DNA from: Alkalispirochaeta sp.
Lineage (GTDB): Bacteria; Spirochaetota; Spirochaetia; DSM-27196; Alkalispirochaetaceae
Length of the DNA: 64,000 nucleotides
Direction of reading: 5' to 3'
Assembly: GCA_965601925.1 (NCBI GenBank)
Contig: OZ271854.1
Location: 3,584,001-3,648,000, forward strand
The notes under the pieces are model-generated. The model was not told the origin of the DNA, ran no database searches, and saw only the letters and a program-made list of their open reading frames with translations. The translations under genes and the position numbers were made by a program. Shown here one piece after another: positions 41,068 through 50,325 of the stretch (position 1 is the first letter of the stretch; each line of letters starts with the position of its first letter).

Positions 41068-41823
41068 CTACTCCGATCGGCCCTCTATCCAGTCGATCAC
41101 CATCTCCGGTACGTGGTCGCGACTTGAACCATCGTTCCAATCTGGAAAGTCAAAAACGGCGATCATGATCTGCAAAGGATAGTCGGGCGCCTGTAAGGAC
41201 TCCAATACGGGTCTATCATCAACGGAGAAGAGTGACCGACCGTCGCCCCACTCGACTGCGTACGTGTGAAACTCACCTATGTCGATGCCGATCCGGGGTG
41301 CGGCGAAATCCTGAGTGAGCCTTGGATCGAACAACTTCTTCACGCCGACTCCCACTTCCACCGACGTATCGTCGCGAACGCTCCGTCCGAAGATCTCGAC
41401 CACGCACAACTCGCCCGCGTCGTCGGGGTTCTGCTCGAAGCCACTGAGCCACAGGGCCGCCATAGATCGCGTAGAAAGCTCCATCTTGCACCGGATTGCC
41501 AACCGGCCGCCGGACTGCAACCAACCCTCAAAGTGGGGCTGGAACTCGCTGACCACCAGATCGTCCCGGAAGCGTTGCTGTCCGCGCGATGAACCAACCG
41601 GACCCGAATGATTCCCCGATTGGATGCCGGAAACGCGTATCGGTTCGGGGTGCAGATCGGGGCACCAGAGCCCCTTCTCGTTCGGTATGAAGAGCCGCAG
41701 TCCCTCGGCCGTCAGCTCATACTCTGCACGTGTGGCGTCGCGCGAACTCCAGGCCGGCAGGTAGTGGGGCAGCCACCGATTTCGGTCGAGCGAGCCGGAG
41801 GTGAACTCATCTTTCAGTTCCAC
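41068..41823 (-). CDS. Glycoside hydrolase family 16-like protein
   Basis: DEF..LDRNRW, ALWLSG, GELCVVEIFG (ExDxxE-like), FHTYAVEW, YPLQIMI; GTG start estimated. Confidence 0.75.
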   Translation of the reverse strand: MELKDEFTSGSLDRNRWLPHYLPAWSSRDATRAEYELTAEGLRLFIPNEKGLWCPDLHPEPIRVSGIQSGNHSGPVGSSRGQQRFRDDLVVSEFQPHFEGWLQSGGRLAIRCKMELSTRSMAALWLSGFEQNPDDAGELCVVEIFGRSVRDDTSVEVGVGVKKLFDPRLTQDFAAPRIGIDIGEFHTYAVEWGDGRSLFSVDDRPVLESLQAPDYPLQIMIAVFDFPDWNDGSSRDHVPEMVIDWIEGRSE

Positions 41824-42227
41824 GAAGGCGGTATAGCAGAAGCGCGGCGCAAAGTAAACCGGAACGAGGTTGCACTGCATTGCTTCCCTCTGTGGTTCGG
41901 ACGCGGCACGCGGAAGGCGTACGCCCTTAGGCCCCGATCGTTTCCACCATCCCCGGAGTAATGGATTGGAAGGGCGGAATCTTAGACGCGCCCAATTATA
42001 GGAAGACCTATCTCGGAGCGCAAACGCAAAACGGCGGTGCAGCGAAGGACTGTTCCCGAATCAAAGCGAAATCGCAACGAGAATCGCGGTTCGCACGGTG
42101 TTGGCGATACCGTAGCCGGGCAACCGATCAAAAAAAATGCACCGATCGGACGAATCTGGTCTTTTACGGAACGGATTGTACCGGGAAGTGGACATAGGTC
42201 CCCCGTGGAGCGTGATGACGGAGACGA

Positions 42228-42690
42228 TCAGTTGAGCCGGGTTGGGTTGAACCCCGGTGGGGACCGCCCGATCTTGAACAGATGTCGGAGAATCCTCGTG
42301 AGTTCGTCTTCATCTTACAATGGTTCGTATCCATGGAAGTCTGTAGCGTCGCCGTGATCGTAAGCGGCCTTCCAGCCGGCAGGCGCACGTTCGGCTACCC
42401 AGTGCATTTGTTCCCATCGCCCCTTCGTACGAGAAACCTACGGGCCGTACCGTTGCATGAGTTGCAACCGCCGTGGTGGGATGTGTTGAGTCGGCTCCGC
42501 GAGGAAGTTGAGGGCGTCGAACGTGTGGACGTTCTGCTTGAAGTACTTCGAGTACGTAGTGTGGAAAAGCACCACCCCCTTGAACGGCTCATAGCGGATC
42601 TTCTTCGACGAGATCGGCGGACGTGCAACGACCCCGTTGGCCAGATGCTCCGCGAAGAGGGTCGTTCGCTTTCGACCGCGCGAGACGTAC
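42228..42690 (-). mobile_element. IS91-family (Y2, rolling-circle) transposase pseudogene
   Basis: KRTTLFAEHL joined to RPPISSKKIRYEPFKG..DALNFLAEPTQHIPP..QRYG; in-frame stops at 42438 and 42315; ends ILRHLFKIGRSPPGF. Confidence 0.8.
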
Positions 42691-42822
42691 CGTTTCGCTC
42701 CCGGTATTGACGGGACTACTGCGGTGCTCGCGTACACTAAGACCGAAAAAAAAGAACGCGATTACTTCAGATGACGGATGTGTTCATCGGTCCGACGGCG
42801 CGATTCGCCAACTCTAGGGTTG

Positions 42823-42868
42823 TTATTTCGTCAAATACCGAATAATATTTTGGTTGTTACCGAAATAA
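42823..42868. promoter_or_regulatory. Tandem imperfect palindromes, probable SdpR operator
   Basis: TTATTTCG-N8-CGAATAA and ATATTTTG-N8-CGAAATAA upstream of sdpI. Confidence 0.65.
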
Positions 42869-42887
42869 AGAACGCCTGGGAGGTACT

Positions 42888-43577
42888 ATGGCCTGGAACT
42901 GGAAACGAGAGCTGCCGATGCTCGTCTTGATTGTCGCCGGGTTCGTTGTGAGCATGGTTCTTTGGTCCAGATTGCCGGAACAGGTGCCCGTCCATTTCAC
43001 CGTACGCGGTGAGGCGGACGGGTACGCGTCGCGAGTCGTCGGATTGCTTCTGATGCCCAGCTCAAACCTCTTGCTCTACGGATTGTTCTGGGTCCTTCCA
43101 ACCATCGATCCGGGACGCCGCAACTACGCCAACTTCGTCGGTGCATACGGAGCAATGCGGATGGGCATAGTGGCGTTGTTGTTTGGTTCTCACGTGGTGA
43201 TGCTCGTCGTCGGAACGGGGACTGTGGTGTCTGTGAATCTGATTATGATGCTGTCGGCCGGAGTTCTCTTTCTTACGATCGGAAACGTATTGGGCAAAGT
43301 GAGACCCAACTGGTTCATAGGCGTTAGGACCCCTTGGACGCTCTCCTCCAAACGTTCCTGGGACAAAACTCACCGCGTGGCGGGACGGAGTATGGTTTTT
43401 CTTGGGCTGTTGCTCATGGCCTTAGCGTGGGTAACGGAATCGTGGACGACCTATGTTGTTATTGCTGCTACCTTAGTATGTGCGGTCGGTACCGTGGTGT
43501 ACTCCTGGTGGGTGTGGCACACGGACCCCAATCCGACGGCCCCGGCTGGTACCGATGCCGACCCGGAAACTGCGTGA
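42888..43577 (+). CDS. SdpI family immunity membrane protein (DUF1648 + SdpI)
   Basis: LPEQVPVHF..GEADGY, GNVLGKVRPNWFIGVRTPWTL..WDKTHR. Confidence 0.9.
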   Translation: MAWNWKRELPMLVLIVAGFVVSMVLWSRLPEQVPVHFTVRGEADGYASRVVGLLLMPSSNLLLYGLFWVLPTIDPGRRNYANFVGAYGAMRMGIVALLFGSHVVMLVVGTGTVVSVNLIMMLSAGVLFLTIGNVLGKVRPNWFIGVRTPWTLSSKRSWDKTHRVAGRSMVFLGLLLMALAWVTESWTTYVVIAATLVCAVGTVVYSWWVWHTDPNPTAPAGTDADPETA

Positions 43578-43586
43578 GGCGCGGCT

Positions 43587-43877
43587 GTGGGAGTTAACCA
43601 CCGCTTTCGCGCGCTTTCCGACCCCACGCGGCGCGAGATTTTGCGACTACTCCGTAACCGGGGCATGAGTGCCGGCGACATTGCCGGACACTTCGATCTG
43701 GCTCCGTCCACCATGTCGGGCCACTTTGCCAGCCTGAAAGCAGCGGGCTTGATCGTCGCGGAGAGACACGGAACGTCGATTGTGTACAGCCTCAGCACAT
43801 CGGTTTTGGACGAACTTATTGCGGAACTGCTTGCTCTCACTGATAACGGTTCCACACCGCCAAGATCAAGCGGATGA
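43587..43877 (+). CDS. SdpR-like ArsR autorepressor
   Basis: FRALSDPTRREILRLLR, MSAGDIA, SGHF..LKAAGLI..ERHGTSIVYSL. Confidence 0.88.
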   Translation: MGVNHRFRALSDPTRREILRLLRNRGMSAGDIAGHFDLAPSTMSGHFASLKAAGLIVAERHGTSIVYSLSTSVLDELIAELLALTDNGSTPPRSSG

Positions 43878-44178
43878 TTGAGTCGGAGGACACCGTTTCC
43901 ATGGGAATCCAACGGGAGAGCACGACACCAATGAAATGGACGCGGTATGACAACGTCATGCACCTTTCAGTTGCTCTGGCACGGAGATCCCAGTAAGGAT
44001 GACTGTTGGTGCCGGCTGACGCCGGTAATCGCCGCGTCAATCTCTCTCTGTGGTCGGGCCGCATCTTACGGCTCGGCCCGGACGGTATGTTCATTTGACC
44101 AGCTCGCATGACGACGATTCGCCGCTTCGGAGGACGAACCCGTTCTCGACCGAGCCCCATTGCGTTACTCTAAGGGCT

Positions 44179-44979
44179 ATGTCGGGGGCATCCGGTTGGA
44201 ATGCGGAAAAGTACGCGGGGATCTCGCAGCAGCAGATGCAGTGGGCGCTGCAGACACTCGGCTACGCGTCCGTCAAGGGTGATGAAAGCATACTTGATAT
44301 CGGTTGCGGTGACGGAAAAATCACGGCCGCTTTAGCGAATTTGACCACGGGGTCCGTCACCGGCATCGACCGTAGCCGCGAGATGATATCCTATGCAACG
44401 CGTCACTATCAGACTTCCGAGCACGCCAACTTGAGTTTCTGTGTTGGTCGCGCAGAAGCGTTTTTTCCCGAGAAACGTGTAGATGTGATTACCTCTTTTA
44501 CCGCTCTCCATTGGGTTTCTGATCACAACCGCCTCCTGCAGCATTTTGCCTCAATCCTCTCTGAACGCGGGACCTTGGTGCTACAGTTTCCCGGAAGCGG
44601 CAACGCGGCCGATCTCATCGAATGTGCATTTCAGATAATGCATAGCTTGCCGTGGGAGCCACATTTTCGGAGTTTCTCGTTCCCTTGGCAGTTCTTTGCA
44701 CCCGGCGAGTATGAGACCCTTCTCATAGGGGCAGGCTTTCAGCCTCGAGCACTGGAACTGCTTCCACGGCGAATGACGCACGAAGGAGCTGAAGGTCTTA
44801 CCGACTGGATGGAAGCAACGTGGCTTCCGTTTACCGAATGCGTACCGCCGAAACAGCGACAAGCATTCCTCTCAGAGATTGTAGATCTCTATCTATCTCA
44901 CCACCCCGAGGATGAAAGGGGAGTTGTCACAACCCAAATGTACCGGCTTCATGTAATCGCAACGCGGTCCAAGACATGA
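44179..44979 (+). CDS. Class I SAM-dependent methyltransferase (trans-aconitate MT-like)
   Basis: WNAEKY, ILDIGCGDG, GIDRSREM, ALHWV, TWLPF; start estimated at MSGASGW. Confidence 0.88.
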   Translation: MSGASGWNAEKYAGISQQQMQWALQTLGYASVKGDESILDIGCGDGKITAALANLTTGSVTGIDRSREMISYATRHYQTSEHANLSFCVGRAEAFFPEKRVDVITSFTALHWVSDHNRLLQHFASILSERGTLVLQFPGSGNAADLIECAFQIMHSLPWEPHFRSFSFPWQFFAPGEYETLLIGAGFQPRALELLPRRMTHEGAEGLTDWMEATWLPFTECVPPKQRQAFLSEIVDLYLSHHPEDERGVVTTQMYRLHVIATRSKT

Positions 44980-45005
44980 GTGCATTGCATTTGTATACGA
45001 AATGA

Positions 45006-45320
45006 ACACGGAAAAGTCGCGCGCCCGGTCCGCTGGGTACCGAATCCGACATTCGTCGTGAGGGAGAGGCCGCCGAGCTCCGGATCGTAGCGATCGAGCG
45101 CTTCAACGGTCGCCTCGAAGCCGAAACCTTCGATGCGGTGTGGGGCATGACGCACGACGGCGACGCGTACCTGCAGCAGGCCAAGAAGCGGTTCGGCGAA
45201 GAGTTGCCCAAGGTCGTCGACAAACTTGCGGCCGGTCTGCGCCGGCGGTTGGGCGAGCCACCCTACGAGCTCGATCTTCCCACCCTCACGACCCTTGTGA
45301 GGGATCCCCGACTCTGGACG
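45006..45320 (+). pseudogene. Orphan C-terminal gene fragment (possibly methyltransferase)
   Basis: Open frame ELRIVAIERF..FDAVWGMT..LRRRLGEPPYELD with high-GC codon use and no good start. Confidence 0.3.
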
Positions 45321-45321
45321 C

Positions 45322-46167
45322 CTACGCAGCTCGGCGACGTCCGCGCCGCACGATATAGTCTCTTGTCCGCGACCAGCCGAAGGCCAATGCGAAAAAGAGC
45401 GTTAATGTGAGCACGATCGCAGGACCTGATGAGACGTCGCCGTAGAACGAGAGGTAAAATCCGATCAGCGTCGCCGCGAGAGACATTGCAACCGAGAGAG
45501 CCGTGATCGTCGACAGTCGCTTGAATACCATGGAAGCCGCTGCTGCGGGCGTCACGAGCAGAGACAGAACGAGGATGACTCCTACGGTTTGAATAGCGAC
45601 TACGGTGGTCGTGGCGAGCAGAAAGAGCAGGAGATACCGCATCGCCGTCGGCGACAGCCCAATGGCGACCGAATGGGCCGGATCAAACGAGGTTACCAGA
45701 AGCTCTTTGTGAGAAAGCGCGAGAACGATCACCGTGAGCACTACAACACCGGACATAACGATCAGATCCGATGCTCCAACTCCGAGAATGTTGCCGAAGA
45801 GGATATGACCCAGGTCTCGGAAGGTGGTGATTCTGCTCATCAACAGCACGCCGAGCGCGAAAAAGCTCGAGAAGATAACACCGATGGCGGTGTCCTCCTT
45901 CAATCGCCTTCGTCCGGAGATCAGACCGATCCCGACGACGGCGAGGATTGCGGCCCCGAGAGCGCCCAAGAAGAGACTCACCCCGAGGACGTAGGCGACG
46001 ACAATCCCGGGAAGTATGGCGTGAGCCAACGCGTCTCCCACGAAGGCCATCCCCCGCCACACGACAAACGCGCTGAGAAGGGCACATGCGAGCGCCGCAA
46101 GCATACCGCCGGCAAGGCCCCGGAGCACGAATCCGTATGAGAGCGGCTCCAGCAGAAGCTCTATCAT
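45322..46167 (-). CDS. Zn/Mn ABC transporter permease (ZnuB-like)
   Basis: GDALAHAILPG, EDTAIG, HILFGNILG, SFDP, VGVILV..LLVTPAAAA. Confidence 0.93.
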   Translation of the reverse strand: MIELLLEPLSYGFVLRGLAGGMLAALACALLSAFVVWRGMAFVGDALAHAILPGIVVAYVLGVSLFLGALGAAILAVVGIGLISGRRRLKEDTAIGVIFSSFFALGVLLMSRITTFRDLGHILFGNILGVGASDLIVMSGVVVLTVIVLALSHKELLVTSFDPAHSVAIGLSPTAMRYLLLFLLATTTVVAIQTVGVILVLSLLVTPAAAASMVFKRLSTITALSVAMSLAATLIGFYLSFYGDVSSGPAIVLTLTLFFALAFGWSRTRDYIVRRGRRRAA

Positions 46168-46973
46168 CGCGCGTAGTCCTTGTGAAACTCGAACCCGTAC
46201 GCCGCGGCAATCGTCTCCGGCGTCATGACATCCTCGACGCGGCCGTCGGCGATGATCTTGCGGTCCAGAAAAACCGCCCGAGTGAAGTGAACCGTCAGGA
46301 CGCCGAGATCATGCGTGCTCACCAAGACCGCCTTTCCGGCCGATGTGAGCCGCTCGAGGGTGTGAAAGATGAGCTCCTGCGTGGAGATATCGACGTGGTT
46401 GAGCGGCTCGTCGAGGAGGAGCAAATCGGCGTCGTGCGCCAATGTTCTGGCAAGCATAACCCGCTGCTGCTGTCCCCCCGAGAGCTCTCCGACGCGGCGG
46501 TCGGCGAGATTCGCGATCTCCATGGTCGAGAGCGCCTCATCCACCCGATCGCGATCCTCTTCCCGAGGCCGACGGAACCAACCGAGATGAACGTAACGCC
46601 CCATCATAACCACCTGCCGGACGGTGACCGGGAAGCGCCAGTCGACCGCCGAGCGTTGCGGTACGATGGCCACGCGGTGGCGACACCTGTGCGCCGGATT
46701 GCCGTACACCTCCATGCTACCGGCGTGTCCCGCCTCCATGCCCAGAATCAGGTGGAGCAGCGTGGACTTACCGGCGCCGTTCGGACCCGCCAACGCTACC
46801 CGTTCTCCGGGGTGCACGGTGAGGGAGACGCCGTCTAAGACCTCCGTGTCGGAGCCCGGATAGCGGAATCGTACGTCGCGAACTGAGAGAGCGGGCGAGT
46901 GCGGCACCGCCGGGGTATCGCACTCGCTGCCGCCGCAGGCGTGACCGTAGTTCAGTCGTTGCAGTAGACGCAA
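46164..46973 (-). CDS. Zn/Mn ABC transporter ATPase (ZnuC-like)
   Basis: GPNGAGKST, VDWRFPVTV, LSGGQQQR, LLDEP, STHDL. Confidence 0.93.
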   Translation of the reverse strand: MRLLQRLNYGHACGGSECDTPAVPHSPALSVRDVRFRYPGSDTEVLDGVSLTVHPGERVALAGPNGAGKSTLLHLILGMEAGHAGSMEVYGNPAHRCRHRVAIVPQRSAVDWRFPVTVRQVVMMGRYVHLGWFRRPREEDRDRVDEALSTMEIANLADRRVGELSGGQQQRVMLARTLAHDADLLLLDEPLNHVDISTQELIFHTLERLTSAGKAVLVSTHDLGVLTVHFTRAVFLDRKIIADGRVEDVMTPETIAAAYGFEFHKDYAR

Positions 46974-46983
46974 ACGAGGTGCA

Positions 46984-48207
46984 CTACCGACTGAGGGCCG
47001 CGACGATTTGCTCGGTGTTAAACCGAATGAACTCCAAGTAGGTGTCTCCGCGACTCCCCTCGGGGGCCAAGGAGCCGGTCAGGATCTCCACAACTTGGAC
47101 ATCTCGTCCAACCTCCGCGGCTACCGCATCCACGAGGTTTCGCAAGCCCCGTCCCGCGGTACCGCCGATGAATATGGCGGAAGCTTCTTCCTCCCGAATC
47201 ACTTCGGCGAGCTCGGCGATGTGCCGGGCCGACGGTTCGGCTTGGTCGGACAGCGACGGAATGACCTCCCCGATCACTTCAAACCCGTATTCCTCGGCGT
47301 AGTAGCCGAGCGCGGCGTGGTCCACCACCAATTTTCGGCGGTTGCGCGGGATTGCGGCGACCTGTTGCCGAATCTCAAGATCGAGCGTTTCCAACTCGGC
47401 GATATACGCGTCACGATTCGCCTCATAGATCGAAGCGTTGGCAGGATCGGCCTCGCTCAGCGCCTCGGCGATGTTCTCCGCCCAGACGATGACGTTGGTC
47501 GGATCGAACCAAAAATGGGGATCTCCCGCCGCATGGTCGTGGTCGTGATCATGGTCGTCATGGTGAGCTTCATCGTGGTCGTGCTCACCCTCGTGATCGT
47601 CGTGATGAGCTTCGTCGTGGTCCTCATCGTGACCATGGTCGTGCTCGCCCTCGTGATCGTCATGGTGGGCCTCGTCGTGGTCGTGGTTTCCTTCGTGATC
47701 GTGGTCGTGCTCGCCGCCCTCGATAACGGCAATACCGGCGGAGACCGGCACCACATAGGTTCCCGCCACGTTCTCGATCGTCTCCATTAGCTCCTCTTCG
47801 AGATCCAGGCCGTTCACAAATGCAATATAGGATTCTTCCAGTGCGATGATGTCGCGGGGAGTCGGCTCATAGCTATGGGGGTTCTGACCGATCGGCATCA
47901 AGACGTCGACGGTCGCCGCCGAACCGGCGATTTGACGCACCACGTCGCCCACGATACTCGTTGAGGCGACGATGCGGAGTGATTCACCCGCTGCGAGCTC
48001 GGCGGGCTCGATATGGGGTATGGCCATTTCACCCTCATGATGGTGCTCATCACCGTGCTCGTGGTCGTCGTGCTCATCGTGGTGATGGTCCTCGGAAGCG
48101 GTTTGATCGGTCTCCTGAGAGCCCCCCGCCCAGAGCGTACCGACCGAGAAGGCCAGAAAAAAAGCGATCAGGAGCGCGAGCCCCTTCCTGAAATGAATGT
48201 CGTGCAT
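46984..48207 (-). CDS. Zn ABC transporter substrate-binding protein (ZnuA/AdcA-like) with two His-rich tracts
   Basis: Spirochaete-type signal LWAGGSQE, NPHSYEPTP, DPHFWFDP, DHAALGY; start MHDIHF. Confidence 0.93.
   Translation of the reverse strand: MHDIHFRKGLALLIAFFLAFSVGTLWAGGSQETDQTASEDHHHDEHDDHEHGDEHHHEGEMAIPHIEPAELAAGESLRIVASTSIVGDVVRQIAGSAATVDVLMPIGQNPHSYEPTPRDIIALEESYIAFVNGLDLEEELMETIENVAGTYVVPVSAGIAVIEGGEHDHDHEGNHDHDEAHHDDHEGEHDHGHDEDHDEAHHDDHEGEHDHDEAHHDDHDHDHDHAAGDPHFWFDPTNVIVWAENIAEALSEADPANASIYEANRDAYIAELETLDLEIRQQVAAIPRNRRKLVVDHAALGYYAEEYGFEVIGEVIPSLSDQAEPSARHIAELAEVIREEEASAIFIGGTAGRGLRNLVDAVAAEVGRDVQVVEILTGSLAPEGSRGDTYLEFIRFNTEQIVAALSR
47530..47712 (-). repeat. Tandem His/Asp/Glu coding repeat in ZnuA loop
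   Basis: HDEAHHDDH(EGE) unit present three times with near-identical DNA. Confidence 0.85.
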
Positions 48208-48236
48208 GAATGTCTCCTTATGTGTCGTGATGATGA

Positions 48237-48512
48237 CTAATGGGTAACCACTTCGTGATCGCATACTATGTGTCTTTCGTGACATTGCCCGCAAAGCTGC
48301 ACGCGGTGATGGGTGCTAAACTCCTCCCAATGGCGCATCTGCGAGGCCGTCAGGGACCCGGTCCCACTACAGAGGGGACAGGCGTTTCCGAGCGCGGCGA
48401 GTATCGCTCGCCGGATGAAATCGGATCTATTTCGCATGCCGGCGAGCTCGTCCGCCAAGTCCTGACCCACCTTGAAGGTAATTACCTCTTCCTTTCGCCG
48501 ACCCGCGGACAT
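48237..48512 (-). CDS. Ribbon-helix-helix (CopG-like) regulator with C-terminal Cys/His metal-binding domain
   Basis: VITFKV strand, NRSDFIRRAI helix; CPLC, HW..HH, CGQCH..H..C.H; GGAGG RBS; first gene of the ABC operon. Confidence 0.82.
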   Translation of the reverse strand: MSAGRRKEEVITFKVGQDLADELAGMRNRSDFIRRAILAALGNACPLCSGTGSLTASQMRHWEEFSTHHRVQLCGQCHERHIVCDHEVVTH

Positions 48513-48557
48513 AGAGCGCCTCCTCCGATCCGTGTTATCGAGAAATCGTTAACACGG

Positions 48558-48584
48558 AGTAATATAGTATGTCAATGTATTACT
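48558..48584. promoter_or_regulatory. Inverted-repeat operator straddling the -35 of the RHH-znu operon
   Basis: AGTAATA-N13-TATTACT with minus-strand TTGACA (48570-48575) in the spacer. Confidence 0.72.
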
Positions 48585-48602
48585 TAGACACGCCGTGTCG
48601 CT

Positions 48603-49850
48603 CTATTGCGTTTCGACGTCGTCCATGATGTAGCTCGCAAAGGGATTTTCCTGTTCCGACCAAACCTCGTAGATGTTTGCTGGAGTCAGCCCGTCCAGCT
48701 CTTCGTCGGAAAGCAGACAGAACTCCAATGACGCTTGAATCTCGGATGTATCGATGCCCACACCGATAAAAACGAGCTCTTGGCGGCGATCTCCCCACGG
48801 GACCTCGAACTCCTTCCTAATCCGGTCGCGCAACTCCGCTTCTCGCGGCCACTGCAAAACATCGACGGCGGACCACCAATATCCGGCGTGTTCGACCCGT
48901 TTCTGCGGGCCCGCTTGGGAGATGAAGAGTGCAAGTTCCGGATGCGGAGCGACCCAAAAGAATCCCTTCGCGCGTACGACGCCGGGAATCGTCTGTTGAA
49001 GCCAGTCGTACAGCCGCTGCGGATGGAACGGCCGGCGGCTCCGAAAGGTCACACTCCTGATGCCGTACTCCTCAGTCTCCGGAACGTGTTCGGCGTTTAG
49101 CTCTTCCTCCCACGCGGCGGACGATTCGGCGACCTCCAGATCGAAACTCCCGGTGTTGAGGATGCTCTCGAGAGGTATGTTTGAGTATGATGAGCGAATC
49201 GTCTTGCACGTCGGATTCATCGAGTGGACCAGTTGCTCAACGTTCGCGATCGTCGCTTCGTCAACCAAATCCGTTTTGTTGATAACTATGACGTCCGCAA
49301 ACTCTATCTGATCGATCAGAAGGTGTGCGATAGTTCGTTCGTCGTCTTCGGCTACCTCTTCGCCCCGGTCGCGGAGACTGTCTGTTGACTGAAACTCCGC
49401 AAGAATGGTCGATGCGTCCACAACGGTGACCATCGTGTCGATCCGCGAGAGATCTCGTAGACTCCCGCCTTCCGGATCGTCGAACACAAAGGTCTGCGCG
49501 ACGGGAAGCGGCTCGGATATTCCGGACGATTCAATAAGCAGGTAATCGAATCGTTTTTCTCGGGCGATGCGGCTCACCTCGGTGAGGAGATCTTCGCGGA
49601 GTGTACAGCAAATACAGCCGTTGGTCATTTCGACCAACTTCTCTTCGGTGTGGCTTAAGCGCGCATCTCCTTTCGCAACGACCGAAGCGTCGATATTCAC
49701 CTCCGACATATCGTTCACGATAACGGCGACCTTCAAGCCGTGACGATGGGAAAGAATGTGGTTGAGAAGCGTTGTCTTGCCGGAGCCGAGATAACCGGAA
49801 AGCACCGTAACGGGGATCCGCGAATCCTGGGAAGAAGTATCGATCATCAT
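48603..49850 (-). CDS. COG0523 (CobW/ZigA/YciC-like) zinc metallochaperone GTPase
   Basis: GYLGSGKTT, NDMSEVNIDA, EMTNGCICC, ESSGISEPLPVA, INKTD, GDRRQELVFIG. Confidence 0.93.
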   Translation of the reverse strand: MMIDTSSQDSRIPVTVLSGYLGSGKTTLLNHILSHRHGLKVAVIVNDMSEVNIDASVVAKGDARLSHTEEKLVEMTNGCICCTLREDLLTEVSRIAREKRFDYLLIESSGISEPLPVAQTFVFDDPEGGSLRDLSRIDTMVTVVDASTILAEFQSTDSLRDRGEEVAEDDERTIAHLLIDQIEFADVIVINKTDLVDEATIANVEQLVHSMNPTCKTIRSSYSNIPLESILNTGSFDLEVAESSAAWEEELNAEHVPETEEYGIRSVTFRSRRPFHPQRLYDWLQQTIPGVVRAKGFFWVAPHPELALFISQAGPQKRVEHAGYWWSAVDVLQWPREAELRDRIRKEFEVPWGDRRQELVFIGVGIDTSEIQASLEFCLLSDEELDGLTPANIYEVWSEQENPFASYIMDDVETQ

Positions 49851-49856
49851 GAACGA

Positions 49857-49886
49857 AGTAATACTTAGTAATATATGGTGAGTCAA
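49857..49886 (-). promoter_or_regulatory. COG0523 promoter with two direct AGTAATA half-sites
   Basis: Minus strand TTGACT-cacca-TATATTACT-aag-TATTACT-tcgttc-ATG. Confidence 0.68.
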
Positions 49887-49968
49887 GCATCCGCGAACCC
49901 AACGCAATTCGGTTTAGTCCTCCGACGCCCGGCGAAACAGTTGAGATTGAGTGCGGAGGCTCGAGAGA

Positions 49969-50325
49969 TTACAAGGATAGGGGAAGCTTTAAGGAAACGC
50001 CGGAAACTGCCTCGATTTCTCCTGCTGCATCCACTATTTCGTATTGTGGTAAGAAGGACGAAGTAGAGGTAGGCACTACCTCGCCGCCCCTGAGGTAGAC
50101 CACCTCTTCTACGGCCAGTTCAATAGAGGAATCGTCGACGTGCCAGGTACCCGAAAATCGATGCAGTATACCACTTGCCGCAGAGAAAAAAATAAAGGTT
50201 TGATCTTCAAAAAAATAGAACGTATCGGATTGACCTGAAGCCACCATCGTCGCCTTGTGCCACATTCCCACCAACTCTCGTTGAGAGAGCGACGGTGAGG
50301 TATCCTGCGGCGTGTGTTTTTCCAT
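49969..50325 (-). CDS. Hypothetical protein, possibly a truncated fragment
   Basis: Beta-rich ORF (LVGMWH..FYFFEDQTF..GTWHV) with lower GC. Confidence 0.4.
   Translation of the reverse strand: MEKHTPQDTSPSLSQRELVGMWHKATMVASGQSDTFYFFEDQTFIFFSAASGILHRFSGTWHVDDSSIELAVEEVVYLRGGEVVPTSTSSFLPQYEIVDAAGEIEAVSGVSLKLPLSL

Noticed and set aside
43878..44178. Possible gene or RNA between sdpR and the methyltransferase
   Set aside because: No credible ORF, motif or stable structure recognised
47530..47712. Repeats as a CRISPR array
   Set aside because: In-frame His/Asp codon repeats inside znuA; no unique spacers and no cas genes in the window
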